From assembly GCF_009914755.1 (NCBI RefSeq), contig NC_060929.1: a DNA stretch of 64,000 nucleotides. The stretch is one strand, 5' to 3'. This document shows positions 1 through 15,774 of the stretch, piece by piece. Origin of the DNA: the human T2T-CHM13v2.0 reference genome, Homo sapiens. Within the stretch, counting starts at the first letter, position 1, and each line of letters begins with the position of its first letter. The notes beneath the pieces are model-generated. The model was not told where the DNA came from and did not search any database. It saw only the letters and a program-made list of their open reading frames with translations. The translations under genes were made by a program, and so were the position numbers.

Positions 1-1061
1 GGACAGGGGGACAAGGGACAAGGATTTTAGTGTTAATGACATAAGCACATTCCAATTAAAGTGAAAAATATCCTGGAAAGTTATCTGTGGGGAAAAGAAT
101 ATGTAGGAGATGGATATAAAACTTCTTACCACAAAGACTCATAGCCCAGGTACTCCTGGAGGACAGAACCTGTGTTTTATTTATCCATATAGCTCTGAAA
201 ACTTTGAACATAATAAATGTTTGATAAATAATTGCCGAATAAATGAAAAAATAAAAATATTAGTGAGGTGGGTCCTGCCTGTCAGAACTACTTTTTGAGC
301 CCAGACTTACAGGAACTTAGACAAGGCTTAGACAAGAATGACAGTTTTGGGTTCTGTCCCAGCATAGGGCACAAATGATGACTCAGGGTAGTCCAGCTGG
401 TATGCCCAGATAACTACTAGGCCCTTGGTGGTGATTTTTAAGGACAGTTTTGCTGTGTTGTCATCCTTTTTCTCCATTTCATGCAAAGCCACACTCTTAT
501 AATTTCCTCAAATGAGACACTTGCACATTGTCTGCATTAAATGCTCTGTTTGGCCATCATACATCTGTACCTTGAAATTTCTAAGCATCCTAAATGATAG
601 ATGACTTAATATACAATTAAAATATGCCTTAGTAAATTCATATATTTTAATCATTGAAGCTTGTTTTTCTTGTATTTTACTGATGTGGTTTGATGTTTTT
701 TATACCCTGAGGCTGTTTTTATAAAGGGCACATTTTTAGAAACTCAAGAAAATAAACAAACAGATAAATTGTCTTTGCATAGCTCTACATCAGATTAAAT
801 GCTCATCACTGGAAGTTCAGTTCTTGCAGGAAGTAAATGAAATGTTCTCATCTCAGCTCGTAAAAATCAAGTATAAAGTTTATCTCTTCACAGAGAGTCA
901 CTTGGCTCTCTGGGAGGCAAGAGCCTAGGAAGCATCAGCAGCTGATTTTATTGGTATTTTCCCCAATCCCAATCAGCATGTTACCTGGGCAGAGTGTGAG
1001 AGTGTGTACCCCACTTTTATGTAAGACACAGATTTAGTCCATGTCAGCCCTGAGTGGGGGC

Positions 1062-1556
1062 TGTTAAAGAAAAACATTATTTACTTCTTCAGGAACATTA
1101 AGGAAGACTTTATTCAGACCATTACAATAGGTGTAGGGACCACTGCAATGGGGTTTTGCATTGGGGAGAGAGATTGGCTCCATTCTGAGTACAACAATAA
1201 AACGTGGAAATTTACAGCCAAGGAGATGAGTTAGGGGAGTTGGTGGTTGAAATATTACTAAAAGGAAACGTCAGGGGTAACAGGGGATTCGGGCTAAACT
1301 GACCTAACAGGATTCTTGCTAAAGGCAGGCCAGGGTGATCAGACATCACCTGGAGGGTGGTAGAAGATGAAGAACCTAACCAAGTATCAAGGGAGATCAG
1401 ATATCGAGGGTGGGAGATTCTGGGTAAACTGATTAGCAATATTCCTGCTAAAAGTGGATGGTACAGAAGGAACCTGGAAGCCCAAGAGTCAAGGCCTAGT
1501 TGAGAAGAGTTCAGAGGAGACATTAGAGTTTGTTCAAGTGGAGACTCTTTTGGTCA
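1062..1556 (-). repeat. 3' LTR of the provirus
   Basis: TG...CA termini (tgttaaag...ttggtca), homology to 6828-7322, adjacent polypurine tract. Confidence 0.85.
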
Positions 1557-4374
1557 CCCTCTTGTTCAAGGAAAGAAGAATGAACAATAAAAGTCCATGT
1601 CCCATTCAGTCATCTTTTGTTTATTAAGGATCTGCAGAATTATATATTGGAAATTGGTAGTAGAGGATATTTGCTGGATGATGCTAGCAGGCAGGTATTT
1701 AAAAAGGGGAGTTTCTATGAAAATAAAAGAAAAACAGAAATTAATGGTTGGAAACCCAGTTTCTGACTCCAGAGGGCAGCAAGTCAATATTTCTAAACTT
1801 GGGCTGAAAGCATCTTTAGATGGTGAAGTGAGAATGGTAGTGGCCATCCAAGGAATTTCTTGGTTTACAGTTTGAATGTCTTTGGTGATGGCATTGGTTA
1901 TTCTGTGATGGCATTGGTTGTTTTGGTGAACTTTCTGAGTGGCCCATATAGCGCAGGCACAAACATTGACTACACATGATCTGTTACCATTATTTCTTTA
2001 AAGTTTATATCAAGTTGTCCAGCTTCAGCTTGCAGGGCTTCTGTTTTAGTTCTCAGCCAAGTCAGGAGGGTAAGATAAAATTTGGAAATGTTAGTCTAGA
2101 GGGTTGTAGCTGGATATGAAAGGAAACTAGAAAAATTTAGGATTTAATCCAGTTTACAGGTACATAACAAATTAGAAAGTAAAATGGAGTTTACGGAGGT
2201 AAAAAATAGCTGAAAGACAGTCAACGGGATTATAATCGGGTACCCACCATGATGTGCTATAGCCTTCCATTGAAACACACACTTTCTGTCTATAATCATC
2301 CTCATTTCTGTCAAAGATAATAAAAGTAATATTCTTGTTCGCAAAATAAATCTTGTCTCATTAGATTTGGCTCAATTATTTTCCTAAGTCCAGCAAAAAT
2401 GGTAACTGACTACGTAGGTCTTTTTCAGTTTGCTTTGCTGGAGCTTTTAATAAGGAATCTTATGAAAGGAATTAAGACTTTAAAAAGCCTCTCAAAGCTG
2501 GGAAGCCAAGCCAGGAACTCACCAGCAAACTTCACCTGCAGTACCTATAGATCTGGGTGAATTCCTCTCATCTTGAGGTTTTCAATTATCTTTGGGTTCT
2601 TCGGCCTCCAAGAAAGTGAACTTCCCTACCCATTTTTAAGGTTGAGAACCCTGTAAGCCAGGGGGTAGGGCAATTTTTCCAAGAGGGCTTTGTAAGCATT
2701 GGATTCATAAAGTCAACCTTGGTTCCTTAAACTTATCTGATCTTATCTGATCATATCATATTCTATGCCTCATTCTCAAATATGACATTCCACTGAAAGC
2801 CTTTGTAAATAACCAAGTTTTGCAATTGTGTCCTGCTGCAAGAACAGATTCTTATTGAACTTATGCAAATAACTATATTCCATGAAATTAAGAATAGTAA
2901 GTAAGAGGTTCAGATTTTGAAGCGATTATATAGGAAGAAAAAAATTTCATTTTTTTTTGGCAAGCTCTTTTAGGAAAGCATCAGAGTAAAACAAAAACTA
3001 TCTGTGGATGACAAAGAAAAAAAATGCCCATGGTTAAAGATCTGAGAGTTTATTTGACAAGAAAATTTTTTTTCTTTGACACACAACAAAAATAATAATC
3101 AGAATTATGACTGATAGCATTATACCAAAATATGTCACGGACAGTGAAGTTATTGGCAAATTTCTATGAATTTCATACAATTTATGAAATATTTATATTA
3201 AGAATATTTTCCCATACAAATATAACTAGGGAATTTTAAAGCAACTCTTCTAATTTGATAATGTTTTTAATACAATTTAATATATCAAATAAATTGATTT
3301 TTAAAAAACATTTTACAAGATGAAATAAAGAATCCTTTGAAATTTTCCAGGAGCTGTCTGGGAAATGAGTTCAGTTTAAGGACAAGAAGATTTCATTAAG
3401 GATTTCATTTTGGGAAGGCAAAATTGTCAACAATGTAAAAACTTTAGTTCATTTAAAAGGGAGAGGTCTTAGTTCTCTTAAATAATGAGGACATGATAAA
3501 AGTTAACAGGAAGCACAAAATCTTAGTTTCCTAGTCAATTTACTTAAAGGGTAAAGAAAAACCTTTTACAATTTCTTATTGTGAGTCCACCCATAATTCA
3601 GAAAACTTTGTTATTTTAACAAAGAGAAAACCAAATTCTAGTTTTACATTGGTGTACTTTTGATATTAAAGCTCATTTTTAATGAAACATAAATTAATTT
3701 AAATGTTTAGTCAGCTTAACCACACATAAAATTCCTTTATCACAAACTTTTGCAACTTTCTTATATGCATTCAGGGTTTTTTCACCCCCACATTTTCCTC
3801 TTTCTTATTATAGAACAGTAAGTAATTCTACCTTAGAATACAATTTCTTACTTTTTTCCTGAACAAAAACATATCCTTCAAACCTTCTTATGGCTCCCAT
3901 AATAATACACCTTATTATTCTTGAATATTTTTCAAAGTTGTTTCCCTTCACCCATATAATTAGTAGTTTCAGTTACATGTATTGAATATAATCTTAACCA
4001 TTAGTAACGTTTTACAGAGAAAACTGGGAAGTGGTCAGTCTATCACATATCAGCATTCTGTATCAAAATAGCAAATGTATGAATACATCTTTTCATAATT
4101 TCTATAGGTACCATTTTCCTTATAGTTAAATAATGTGTAAAAAAGAATATTAACAGACTCAAATATCTGTAGTCTCTCTGTAAAAAATTTAAAAGCCAAA
4201 GTAAATGCACTTATGTTTAGCAATTAAAGTTTCAGTATTCTATCTATTTGGGAATAATCTATTCCTTGAATATTCATAATTAACCAGTGGTAACTTTAGG
4301 TTTCAAGTTACCAAAAAGATTGTAGAAACTATTTTCAGGCAGACTTACTGTAACAGTGCAGCTAACCATCTTCT

Positions 4375-5275
<901 letters not shown>

Positions 5276-6827
5276 AGCTAACCATCTTCTAAAGCTATTT
5301 CTAGATCATCTATTTTTAACCTTATATGACTTGTAAGCCCAAATAGAATAAAAATGTATGCTCGTATTATATTTAATGCTGATAATGCAGAATACAAAGC
5401 TGTTTTTTTTTTTTTTAATTAAACCAACAATATTTAATCTTATTTACCAAAGATTTGAACTCAGGAAACATTTGTGTTAGTTTTTTATTTCTGAGAGTTT
5501 GAAGAATACTTAAGTTATATAAGTGCTCTTTTTCTAAGCCAATTTTAGAACTCCAAGAAGGGATTTTACAAATTAATTTGGTGATATCCTCCAGAGGTAG
5601 AAAAATATAACATATATCTAACATGCATATCTAGACATACATAAACACAGACAGATGCAAAAAGAGGTCTTACAGCTGTCATTATTCAATTTTAGTCCTG
5701 GGACAGTAAAACATAGCAATACAAGTCTGAAACTCACTGATTCTTCTCCACTCTATATTTTTATCCAAATTGTTTCTCTGACAAAAGTGGGGCAAATTGA
5801 GATTATCTACTCAATAAGCTTTTAAAACTTTTATTTTCTTACCAATATTTATGGAGAAGACCTTTTAAATTTTGTTTTGCCCTGATATGTAATTTTAGGA
5901 GGGCTGTGGACTATATCTTAGGCTGAGGAGACAACCATGAGCTGTCTTGATGTCTCCAAAGCCCATCTGAGTTGATAAAATATTCAATCTATTTTCATTT
6001 AGTCTTTCTGCTTTTTAGCCTCAGGTAGTTGCTTCAGGGGGCACCCTGAGTCCTTTCCCTAGGGGCCCCCAATAGTGATAGAGGCCTTACACTTCAGTGA
6101 CTGTAGAGAAGTTGAGGCTGAAGTGAGAAGGGAAAGGCCTGGCAGGCCTGGGGATTTGGATGGAGGAGGTAGAGGTTCAATTTAAGGAACCTAAAGGGAA
6201 GACTGAAGGTGGCTAGAGGAGAAATAAGGAGCAGAAGCAATGGGAATGGAGAGGTCTTAGAGGAGGGAGATTTAAGTTTCCCAAAGAGACCAATGAGGTT
6301 CCCAGTTATCCTCAGCAAAATTACGCCAATGAGAAGGAGACAGAGAGAGTTGGTGGAACATACAGTCAGGAGGGGTTCAATAAGGGAGTTTCAGTAGACT
6401 GAGATGTTTCTCTGGAAGGAGCTCGATCAAATAGAACAACAAAGCCTCACAAAGAGCTAGAAAAAATTTTCTATCTCAGAAATTAGAGAGTGAATCGCCA
6501 CTTAAAAAGCCAGGAAGAAGTACTTTCAGCTCAGGAGTCAAGAAATAATCCCCACTAGAGACAGAAAGCTGTCCTCTGTTTGTCTGGGACTAACCCAATT
6601 TCTACAGTATCCTCAGAATCCTAGGAATAAAAATCTCTCTTTACCAGCTTCCACGGATAATTGTTCAGAACAATGAATGGTTCAGGAGTCTGACTGACCA
6701 AAGGATTTGTGATCAATCAGTAAAAAGTGAAGACAAAGGCTTCATAGGTGCACACACTTAAGGTACTAAGTGAGAGGTCCAGGGGTCCAATGATATATCT
6801 GATCCTGTTTAAGTCACAGCACATAAC

Positions 6828-7322
6828 GGCTAAAGGAAACAATAATTCATTCACTTAAAAAATGGTAAGGCAGAGTTTATTCAGGACCATCACAATAGTT
6901 ATAGGGACCACCGCAACTGATTTTTACAGTGGGGGAAAGGAATTGGGGTCCATCCCAAATATAATAAGGAAAAGTGGGAATTTATAGTCAAGAAGCAGAG
7001 TGGTGGGTGGCAGTTAGTTGATGAAAAATTACTAAGGGGAAACGTCAGGGTTAATAGGAATTTTTCGCAAACTGACCTAACAGAATTCTTGCTAAACGCA
7101 GGCCAGGGTGATCAGACATCACCTGGGAGATGGTGGAAAACGAGGAAGCCAATCAAATGTCAAGCGATCAGAGTAGAGGATTCCGGTTAAACTGACTTAG
7201 TAGAATTCTTGCTAAAATTGGACAGTGCAGAGATAAACACAGAAGCTCAAAAGTCTGAGTCTAGGTGAGTAGAGAGTTCACAGGAGCCTGATAGAGTTTG
7301 TTCAAGGAGAAAATCTTTGTCA
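6828..7322 (-). repeat. 5' LTR of the provirus
   Basis: Homologous to 1062-1556, ends ctttgtca, adjacent PBS-like aagtcacagcac. Confidence 0.85.
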
Positions 7323-9525
7323 GCACTTACCTTTGAAACAACAAATTATGACATTTTGCTTTCAGTCCAAATCTCCCACAAACTTTTATTTTTACTATTA
7401 TTGTTACTGCTATTTTATTATTTAAAAATATATTGTGATGATTTTTATACTATTATAATTCTAGTTCTACTTTATATATTATTCAGAATGTCTACACATT
7501 GTATCTACTATTCTCTCACACATAAAATAAGGGTGGTAGCATCATCTATTCAAAGCCAAAAGGGAATATTAAAGATCCAGAAGTTACCCATCTCCTGTCA
7601 CATTTCTAGAATTGTTTAAGGTAGACAATGTGCATCTTTACAGATACCTCAGCAAATTTTAATTTGCAGAACTAAATTAGATAAGTAGAATGAAGTGCAG
7701 AGAAAAGGTTGCCTAGGAAAATTCCTTAAGGCACCAAAACTTGAGTAATCCCATGGCAGCAGTTTGTGGGTATATCTAGCACCATCCTCTGCTTACTTGA
7801 TATTGTCACTTTCCGTGTGGCCCTCAAGTTGAATGTCACATTCACAGGCTTTCACATTGTTCTCTATTTTAGGTTTGAGTTAGTCATTCTGTGACATTCT
7901 AACACAGCAGAACAAAACTTTCTAATGTATCTGTAGTAGTTAACCAAGGAATGAAATGAAGGTTTAACCAAAACAGAAAAGAATGTATATTCATACAGAC
8001 AGATGGACTATATGTATATTTGTGTAGAAACCAATTAAGCTCAGAAATTCTGAGTCTGTTTCAAATCCTTGAAAGCTTTTCTTAGAGCTATAATTACTTT
8101 CATTGTGGCCCTTGTTGGCTTTCTTCATTTTGAATTGTGCACTGCAGGCAGTTCTAATTTCTGTATGCATCCCTGCAGTTCCATTTAGAAGTTAAAGTGT
8201 AGCTTTCCTTATAGATGGGTGGCTACTATTGCCTTTGAAATTGCTTAACTTTCCAAATAGAGACGAATTCCTGAGATAACTTATGGACTCCTAAAAGCAT
8301 GTGTTTTGTATGGAAATCGCTAATAGAAAGTACTAAAACACTGGCCAGAGCAGAGCACTTGCCTTGATTTCACTGACGTCAGAAAATAAGGCAAAAGATA
8401 CTGTAGCACAACCTTTATTTCAGCATCTTGATTGTAGCTTGAAGGAAATAAGCTCATTATCATTGTGCCTCCTACAAAGTAAAAAAAGAAACAGGAGCAC
8501 AGTAAGAGTCTCTTCTATAATATTGCATAATAACCATCACTTTTCCACATGACTTTTTAAAAAGAATAGTTTCGGTTTTTTATAAGGAATGGAATGCCAT
8601 GTGGCTCTATTATTAGGTTTTTCTTGGCCCACTGCACGGAAAGGATTTTTTTTTTTTTAAATCCAGCCATTTGTAGTGCTTCTGAGAAAGCACTTTAGAA
8701 ATACAGGTTGGCAAAGTCAGTGATCAGAACTGGAGTCTCTGACCTTATAGTATGCATCTATTTCAGATTAGGATTGAGAAAAAGGGAGTTGTCAGGGTCA
8801 CCATGCAGCTCTTTCTTTCCTTCTTGGGCTTCTGGGTTAGAGAATCTTGTAGAGTGAATTTTTTTTTCTTATTCCCTGTTTGTGTAAGGAGAAAGAGAGA
8901 AAAATAGGAGACGTATTTTTTAGAAAGAATGTCTCCTCTTTTATAATTCTACCATTTTTAAATGTTTTTGTTGGTCTAGAGGTTATATATGCTGTACATT
9001 TTAACCCTATGATTTAACATTGTGTGTAGCAAGTTCCCAGTAAATACTGCTGAGTGATGAAGAAATGAATAACAATCATCACAGAGATTCTGTCTGTAAA
9101 GACCAACTTAATTTTAAGAATCCCAGTGGTCTCACCTTTAGATTTACTTCCTTCTGTAAAATTTCAGCTAAAACAAACTACTTGGACTTCCTCAATTACC
9201 ATCTCATTCTTTCCGGCTCCTGTCTTTTCTTCTTTTCCTTATAATGCTCTTCCTTCCAAGCTCCATAAATCCTACCTTTCTTTCAAGCCCCAGCTTGAAA
9301 ATTCCACTTTTCCATCAAGGTGTATAGCCAGACCACCTTGATGTTCCTCTTCTTAGCTGCTCAGAGAAGCCAAAGTCTGGGAGCAGTCAGTTTTGGCTGG
9401 GGAGGCTCTTGATGGCATAATGAGGGTTCTCTGCATATTTCACTTGGGGTTGCAATGCAGGACACAATGATACAGCATGAGAATATTTCTTCCTGAGGTA
9501 GGATCATTATCAAGATTTTTAAAAA

Positions 9526-9856
9526 GTTTTTAATTTTTATATTTCAATAGGTTTTTGGAGAATAGGTGGTGTTTATTTACGTGAATAAGTTCTTTAGTGG
9601 TGATTTCTGAGATTGTGGTGCACCCATCACCCGAACAGTGTACCCAACCCTTTTCCCCAAGCCCCCAAAGTCCAAAGCATCATTCTTATGCCTTGGCGTC
9701 CTCACAGCTTAGCTCCCACATATGAGTGAGAACATACGATGTTTGGTTTTCCATTCCTGAGTTACTTCACTTAGAATGACAGTCTCTAATTTCATCCAGG
9801 TCACCGTGAATGCCATTATTTCATTCTTTTCTATGGCTGGCTGACTAGTATTCAAT

Positions 9857-9902
<46 letters not shown>

Positions 9903-9930
9903 CACACATATATACATACATACACATGTG

Positions 9931-9971
<41 letters not shown>

Positions 9972-10042
9972 CACCACATTTTCTTTATTCAGTTGTTAAT
10001 TGATGGGCATTTGGGCTGGTTTCATATTTTTGCAATTGCAAT
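9526..10042 (-). mobile_element. L1PB-type 3' end
   Basis: atttcaataggtttttgg...gtggtgatttctgagattgtggtgcacccatcaccc is L1PB 3'UTR. ORF 9709..9927 carries L1 ORF2 C-terminal-region words (IEKNEIMAFTVTWMKLETVILSEV). Confidence 0.85.
9858..9972. repeat. Compound (TG)n(TA)n microsatellite, duplicated block
   Basis: Two successive (TG)n(TA)n blocks separated by CA/TA-rich filler. Confidence 0.95.
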
Positions 10043-10044
10043 TT

Positions 10045-11928
10045 ATTTTTGAGGTTCATTCATGTGGCAGTGCAGTTAATTTTAATTGCTGAGTAGTACT
10101 CTATGGAATGGATAAATCACATTTTGTTTGTCCACTCACCAGTTGATGAATAATTATATTTTTCCAGTATTGGGCTATTAATGCTGCAGTAAACATTTGT
10201 GTATATTATTTGTGTGGACATATGTTTTCACTTCTTTTGGGTATATACCTAGGCCTGGAATTGCTAGGTTGTATGGGGATCGCTTCAGAGTCTGTCTGCC
10301 ATATCACCAAACTGTTTTCCAATGTGTTGTAACATTTGACATTACTACAAACAAAACACGAGGGTCCCAGTTTCTCCTCATTCTCAATAACATGTTATAG
10401 GATTTTTTTTTGAATAAAGCCATTCTAGTGGGTATAAAGTGGTATCTCATTTTACTTTAATTTGCATTTCCTTAATAACTTGTACTGTTGGCCATCTTTC
10501 ATGCACTTATTAGCCAGGAGGATATCTTCTTTAGTGAAATATCTATTCAAGTCTTGTCTCATTTTTTTAATTGGGTGGCTTGTCTCCTAATTATTTAGTT
10601 ATAAGGGTTCTTTGTATATTCTGGATACAAGTTCTTTAATGCATATGTAATTTGCAAATATTTTTTCCAGTTCTGGGTTTATTCATTTTCCTAATAATAT
10701 ATTTTGAAGTCCAAAAGTTTTCAATTTTGATGACATTCATTTATCTATATTCTCTTGTATAAATCATGCTCTGTTGTCACGTTTAACTCTTTGCCTAATA
10801 ACAAGTTCTCCATGATTTTCCCTGATGCTTTCTTATAATAGTTTGATAGTTTTAGCTCTTACATTTAGGTTTATAAGTCATTTTGAGTTATGTTTGTGTA
10901 TGGGGAAAACTAAGGGTCTAAATTCATCCATAATACTAACAATTTGTGCCTTCACTCTTTTTCTTGGTCAGTTTTTGTTAATTTTGCTCTTTTTTTATTG
11001 ACTTCACAATCAATAAAACCAATATTCTTTGGAAAAGAAATCTAATGTTTTCTTATATCTATTTAATCTACTTGGTCTCTAACCTTTATTGCTTTCCCTT
11101 TTCTGTTTGCTTTTTGTTTTGTTTTATTCTTTTTGTAGTTTCTAATGGTGGAATCGTAGGTTATTGACTTCTGATTGTTCTACTTTTCTAAGATAGGGTT
11201 TTAAAGCCATAGACTTCTCACTGAGCATTGCTTTGTGGTGTCCTGCAAATTTTTATCTGTTGTTTTCATTTTTATTTAATTAACAATTGTGTTACTTGTA
11301 ATTTCTTCTTCAGCCTATGTGTTATTTAGAATTGTATTATTTAATTTGCAAATATTTGGAACTTTCCTCATTTTGTCCTATTGTTTAATTATAATTTAAT
11401 TCTGTTGTGATTGGAGAATTTACATTGTAAATCATTTTGCATTGGGACTTGTATTATGGACTAGCATGTAGTTTATCCTGGAGAAAATTTTATATTCACT
11501 TGAAAAGACTGTGTTTTTGCTCTTATTTGTGAAGTGTTCTATAGATTTCAGTCAGGTCAAGTGGGCTGATGGTGTTAATTAAGCCTTCTTTATTCTTGTT
11601 GATTTTCTGTTTTGTTGTTACATCAATTATTGAAACTAAGGTATTAATGTCTTCAGCTGTTATTGTTGAATTACCGTTTTTTTTCTCTCAATTATGGCAA
11701 TTTTGTTTAATCTATTTTGGGCTTCCTTTATAGATACATATGTGGTAATATTATTATATTTCCCCAATTAAATAACACTTTATCACTATGGAATGTTCCT
11801 CTTTGTCTCTAGTATTTTTTTGAAATTGAAAGATTATTTTATCTGATATTAGTATAGCCATTCAAATTTTTTTATGGTTATAGTTTGTGGGGTATAACTT
11901 TTCCCATCCTTTTACTTTCAATCTATTT
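10045..11928 (-). mobile_element. Old L1M fragments (ORF2)
   Basis: Antisense L1 ORF2 motifs (gccattctagtgggtataaagtggtatctcatt; tttagctcttacatttagg), heavily diverged. Confidence 0.75.
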
Positions 11929-11929
11929 T

Positions 11930-14149
11930 ATAAAAGGCAATGTAATTTAATAATAAAAATATTCAATAAACTAGGAATAGAAGAACTTCCTCAACCAGCT
12001 ACAGAATATCTACAAAATCCCCCACAGCAAACATCATACTTAATAATGGAACAGTGGATGTTTTCCCCTAAGACCAGCAAAAATATTGGCCACTCTCACC
12101 ACTTCTATTCAGTATTGTGCTGGAGGGTCTAGCCAGGGCAATTAGGTAAGAAAAAAATTTAAAAAGACACTGAGACTGGAAAGTAAGAAGTAAAACTATC
12201 TCTATTTGCAGATGACATTATCTTATGTATAGAAAATCCTAAGGAATTTACTTAAAAACTATTAAACTAATAAGTTTAGCAAACTTGAAGGATATAAGAT
12301 CAATGTACAAAAATCTGTTGTATTTTTGTATAGTTATAAGAAGATTCCAAAAATGAAGTTAAGAAAGCAATTCCATTTACAATAACATCAAGACATAAAA
12401 TAGGAATGCATTTAGCAAAAGAAGTTCAAAACTTTTAACAACTATAAAATGTTGCTGAAGAAAATTTAAGAAGATTAAAATAATTGGAAAAACATCACAT
12501 GTTCATGGATCTGAACACTTAATATTGTTAGAATAACTCTACTTTCCAAATTGAACTACAGATTCAACGAAATCCCTATCAGAATCTCAGCTGACTTTCT
12601 TGTAAGTATTGCCCAGATGATTTAAAAAATTCATATGGAATTGCCATGGACCCAAAATACCCAGAATAATTTTGACAAAAGAAAACAAAATTGGGGCACT
12701 CACACTTCCTGATTTCAAAACTTACCACAGAGCCGAAGTAATGAAGATATTGTAGTACTGGCATAAGCATATAGATCAGTGGAATAGAATTGAGAGTCCA
12801 GAAATAAACCTGTACATCTGTGGTCAACCGCTTTCCAACAAGGTTGCTAAGACTATCCAACAGAAAAAAAGGCAGCTATTTTTCAAAAAATAGTGCTGGG
12901 ACAATTGGATATCTACATTCACAATATAAAGTTGGGCTCTTACCATATACAAAAATTAACTCAAAATGAATCAAAGACCTAAACATATTAGTTAAAACTA
13001 TATAACTTAAAGAAAAAACCTTAGGGTTAAATATTCATGACAAAGAATTTGACAATGGCTTCTTAGATGTGAAACCAAAAGCATGAAAAACAAAAGAAAA
13101 AATAGATGTATTAGACTTCACCAAAATCTAAAATTTTTGCATAAAAACACTAAGAACATAAAAAGACAACCCCAAAAAAGACAATAATTGCAAATCACAT
13201 ATATAATAAAGTATTTATTCTAGACTATACAAGTAACTCATACAACTATTAATAAATAAAACCCCAATTAAAAATGGGCAAAGTATCTGATTAGGCATTT
13301 TACAAATGAAAATATACAAATGGGCAATAGGCACATGAAAAGATGGTTGACATCCTTAACCATAGGGGAAGAGCAAATCAAAACCACAATGATATACCAC
13401 TTCACACACATTAGGATGACTGGAATCAACAAGTCAGATAATAGCAAGTGTGGGTGAACATCAGGAGAAATCAGAATCTTCATACACTGCTGATGGTAGT
13501 GCAAAGTGGTACCACCACTTTGGAAAACAGTCTGGCAGTACCATAAACAGCTGAACATAGAAGTTATAGCAATTACACTCCTAGATATATACCTGAGAGA
13601 AATATTGACATACATGCACACACAAACTTGTACATGAATATTTATAGCAGTATTATTCATAATAGCCAAAAGATAGAAACAATTCAAATGCAGATCAACT
13701 GATGAATGGTTAAATGTAATGCAGAATGTCCATACAAGTGAAGATTGACCATAAAAGGAATGAAGAAGTACATGGTACAACATCTATACTTTCTTCCAAG
13801 ATAAACATGGATGAACCTGAAAATATTAAGTGAAATAAACCAGTAAAAAAAAAAAACAAACCTAGATATTATATAATTTCATTTATATGAAATGTCTAGA
13901 ATAGTCAAATGTATAGAGATAGAAAGTAGATTAAAATGCTTAGGACTGAGGGATGGGTAGTCTGCGGGATAGGAGGTGATACCTAAAGGGTACAACATTT
14001 CTTTTTGAGGTGATGAAACGACTCTAAAATTGACCATTGAGGTGATGGTTGCACATGTTTGTGACTATACAGAAAAAAACACTGAATTGTACATTTAAAT
14101 AGGTGACTTATACATTATTTGCACTATATCTCAATAAGGCTGTTAAAAA
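11930..14149 (+). mobile_element. L1MB (MB4-like) 3' ORF2 and 3'UTR
   Basis: Sense ORF2 motifs (ctatttgcagatgacattatcttatgtatagaaaatcc, RT FADD region), L1MB-type 3'UTR, ends ctcaataaggctgttaaaaa. Confidence 0.85.
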
Positions 14150-15250
14150 GTTCTTTATACATGGTTGAAAAAATTTCATTGAATATATTTATAATAGCTA
14201 CTTTAAAGTTTTTATTTGCCAAATCTGACATCTGTACCCTACCCACCAAAGATAGTGCCTATTGGCTATTATTTTCCTGAGTATCAGTGACACTTTCCAC
14301 CTTTTTGCATGTCTCACATAATTTTTGTTGAAAAATGATCTTAAATAATATAGAAATTCTGGATTCTAATTTTTTAATATTTTCTTTAGTTACTTACTTG
14401 AACAAAATCTGTATTGTCTGTTTCCCCCCACCCCTGCCAGTATGCATTCACTAATGTTTCTGCTCAAAAATTTTTTTGTTCTTTTTTGTAAATCTGGATT
14501 CCAAATGGTCACTCCTGTGTGAACGCAGCCAATGACTGAATAGAAATCGTACTGAAACATTTAGATCAAGTGAGCCTTCCATCCTCCATATGAAATCTGT
14601 GTGTGGATTGGAGAATAAATGCACATCTCAGGCTACTACTTTCCGTTGGTTCCTCTTGAATTTCCCTGCATGTGCACATGGTGTCCAGCCAGGGGTAAGT
14701 GATGGCTAGGGCACTTTCTTACCTCTTCTGTGCATGCACAGAGCCTTGCAAATGAACTCTGCTTTCTAAACCTGTCAGGATATGGGAATGCTTATCAAAA
14801 CTCCCTGTGTCTATCCCATCACTTAGCTCTTCCTGTTAAATATCTAGCTACTCTGTCATTCCATTGCTTCCCCCAATCAGAACTGCAACCTCAAGTTAGC
14901 CATGCAGTTGGCCTTTCCTGTTTGTTACTGAGATTGCTACTGTTTATGACCACGTGCCTGAATGTTTTTCTGCTTTCTGCTCCAAACCTAGTTAGCTGGC
15001 AGCAACGCTTGACTTGCCCTGCCATTATAGAACTACTGTGGTGACGAATTTGGTCACCAATTTGGCAGTGTCAGCAGAGAAGCTTCCTCCAAGAAAGCTA
15101 CAGACTGTCACTGTTTTTTGCCGAAGGTTTAGTAGTTTTTCTTGAATAAGTGCTTCTAGATTTTTCCAAGGCTTTGATTGATTTCCGAAGTCTTGAAATG
15201 GTTGTTTGCAAATTGTATTGTTGCTTTTTGGAGAAAGGATTGGCAAGTTC
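14150..15250 (-). mobile_element. Old L1M 5'UTR/ORF1 start
   Basis: Antisense L1M ORF1-start pattern (atatttataatagctactttaaagt...aaatctgacatctg) followed by 5'UTR-like sequence. Confidence 0.55.
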
Positions 15251-15291
15251 TTTTCTTTATGCTAATCACATTTGGTTTCTTTAGTCTTGTA

Positions 15292-15470
15292 GAGAATGGC
15301 TATACGAAAAGTTTTTTTAGTTTGAGCGTCAACTGTTAGCAGCCCAGAGAACAGACAGAAGTTTGAAATTTCGTCCTTCCTTTTTTCCCTGCCAACAAGT
15401 CTCTAGAAATGGAAGGAGGGAAATACTCAGATAAGGTATCCCACGCTTATGTATTATTTGTTTCTTACAC
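15292..15470 (+). repeat. Diverged direct repeat, copy 1 (partner 17127-17293)
   Basis: Shared collinear blocks gagaacagaca.aag, ttttccctg, agtctctagaa, agataaggtat.cca..cttatgtattat. Confidence 0.8.
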
Positions 15471-15774
15471 TGTTCTGTAAGTTCCACCTTCTCCACTAGG
15501 ATTTTGAAGTGAATTTCTGGAATAAAATTCTCACTAGACACATCTTCTTTACAGCTATAAGCAGCAGACAAATTTCAGAATTTCATCATATGCTTTTTGG
15601 ATTAGCTATTTACACAAGCATTCATGGGGTGGCTGAAGTACATTTAATCTAAATGTCATGTAGCAATCAACAGTTTTACTGCCTAAATAATTCCTTTATA
15701 GCTCTTTTCTTATTCTTCTCCAATGGCATTTTTAACTTGTGTCTTATCTTAATGTTAACTATGTGTCTATCTTT

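Noticed and set aside
15292-15470. Duplicated module as an H/ACA snoRNA pair
   Set aside because: ANANNA-to-ACA spacing does not fit the two-hairpin architecture, and no clear stems are visible.
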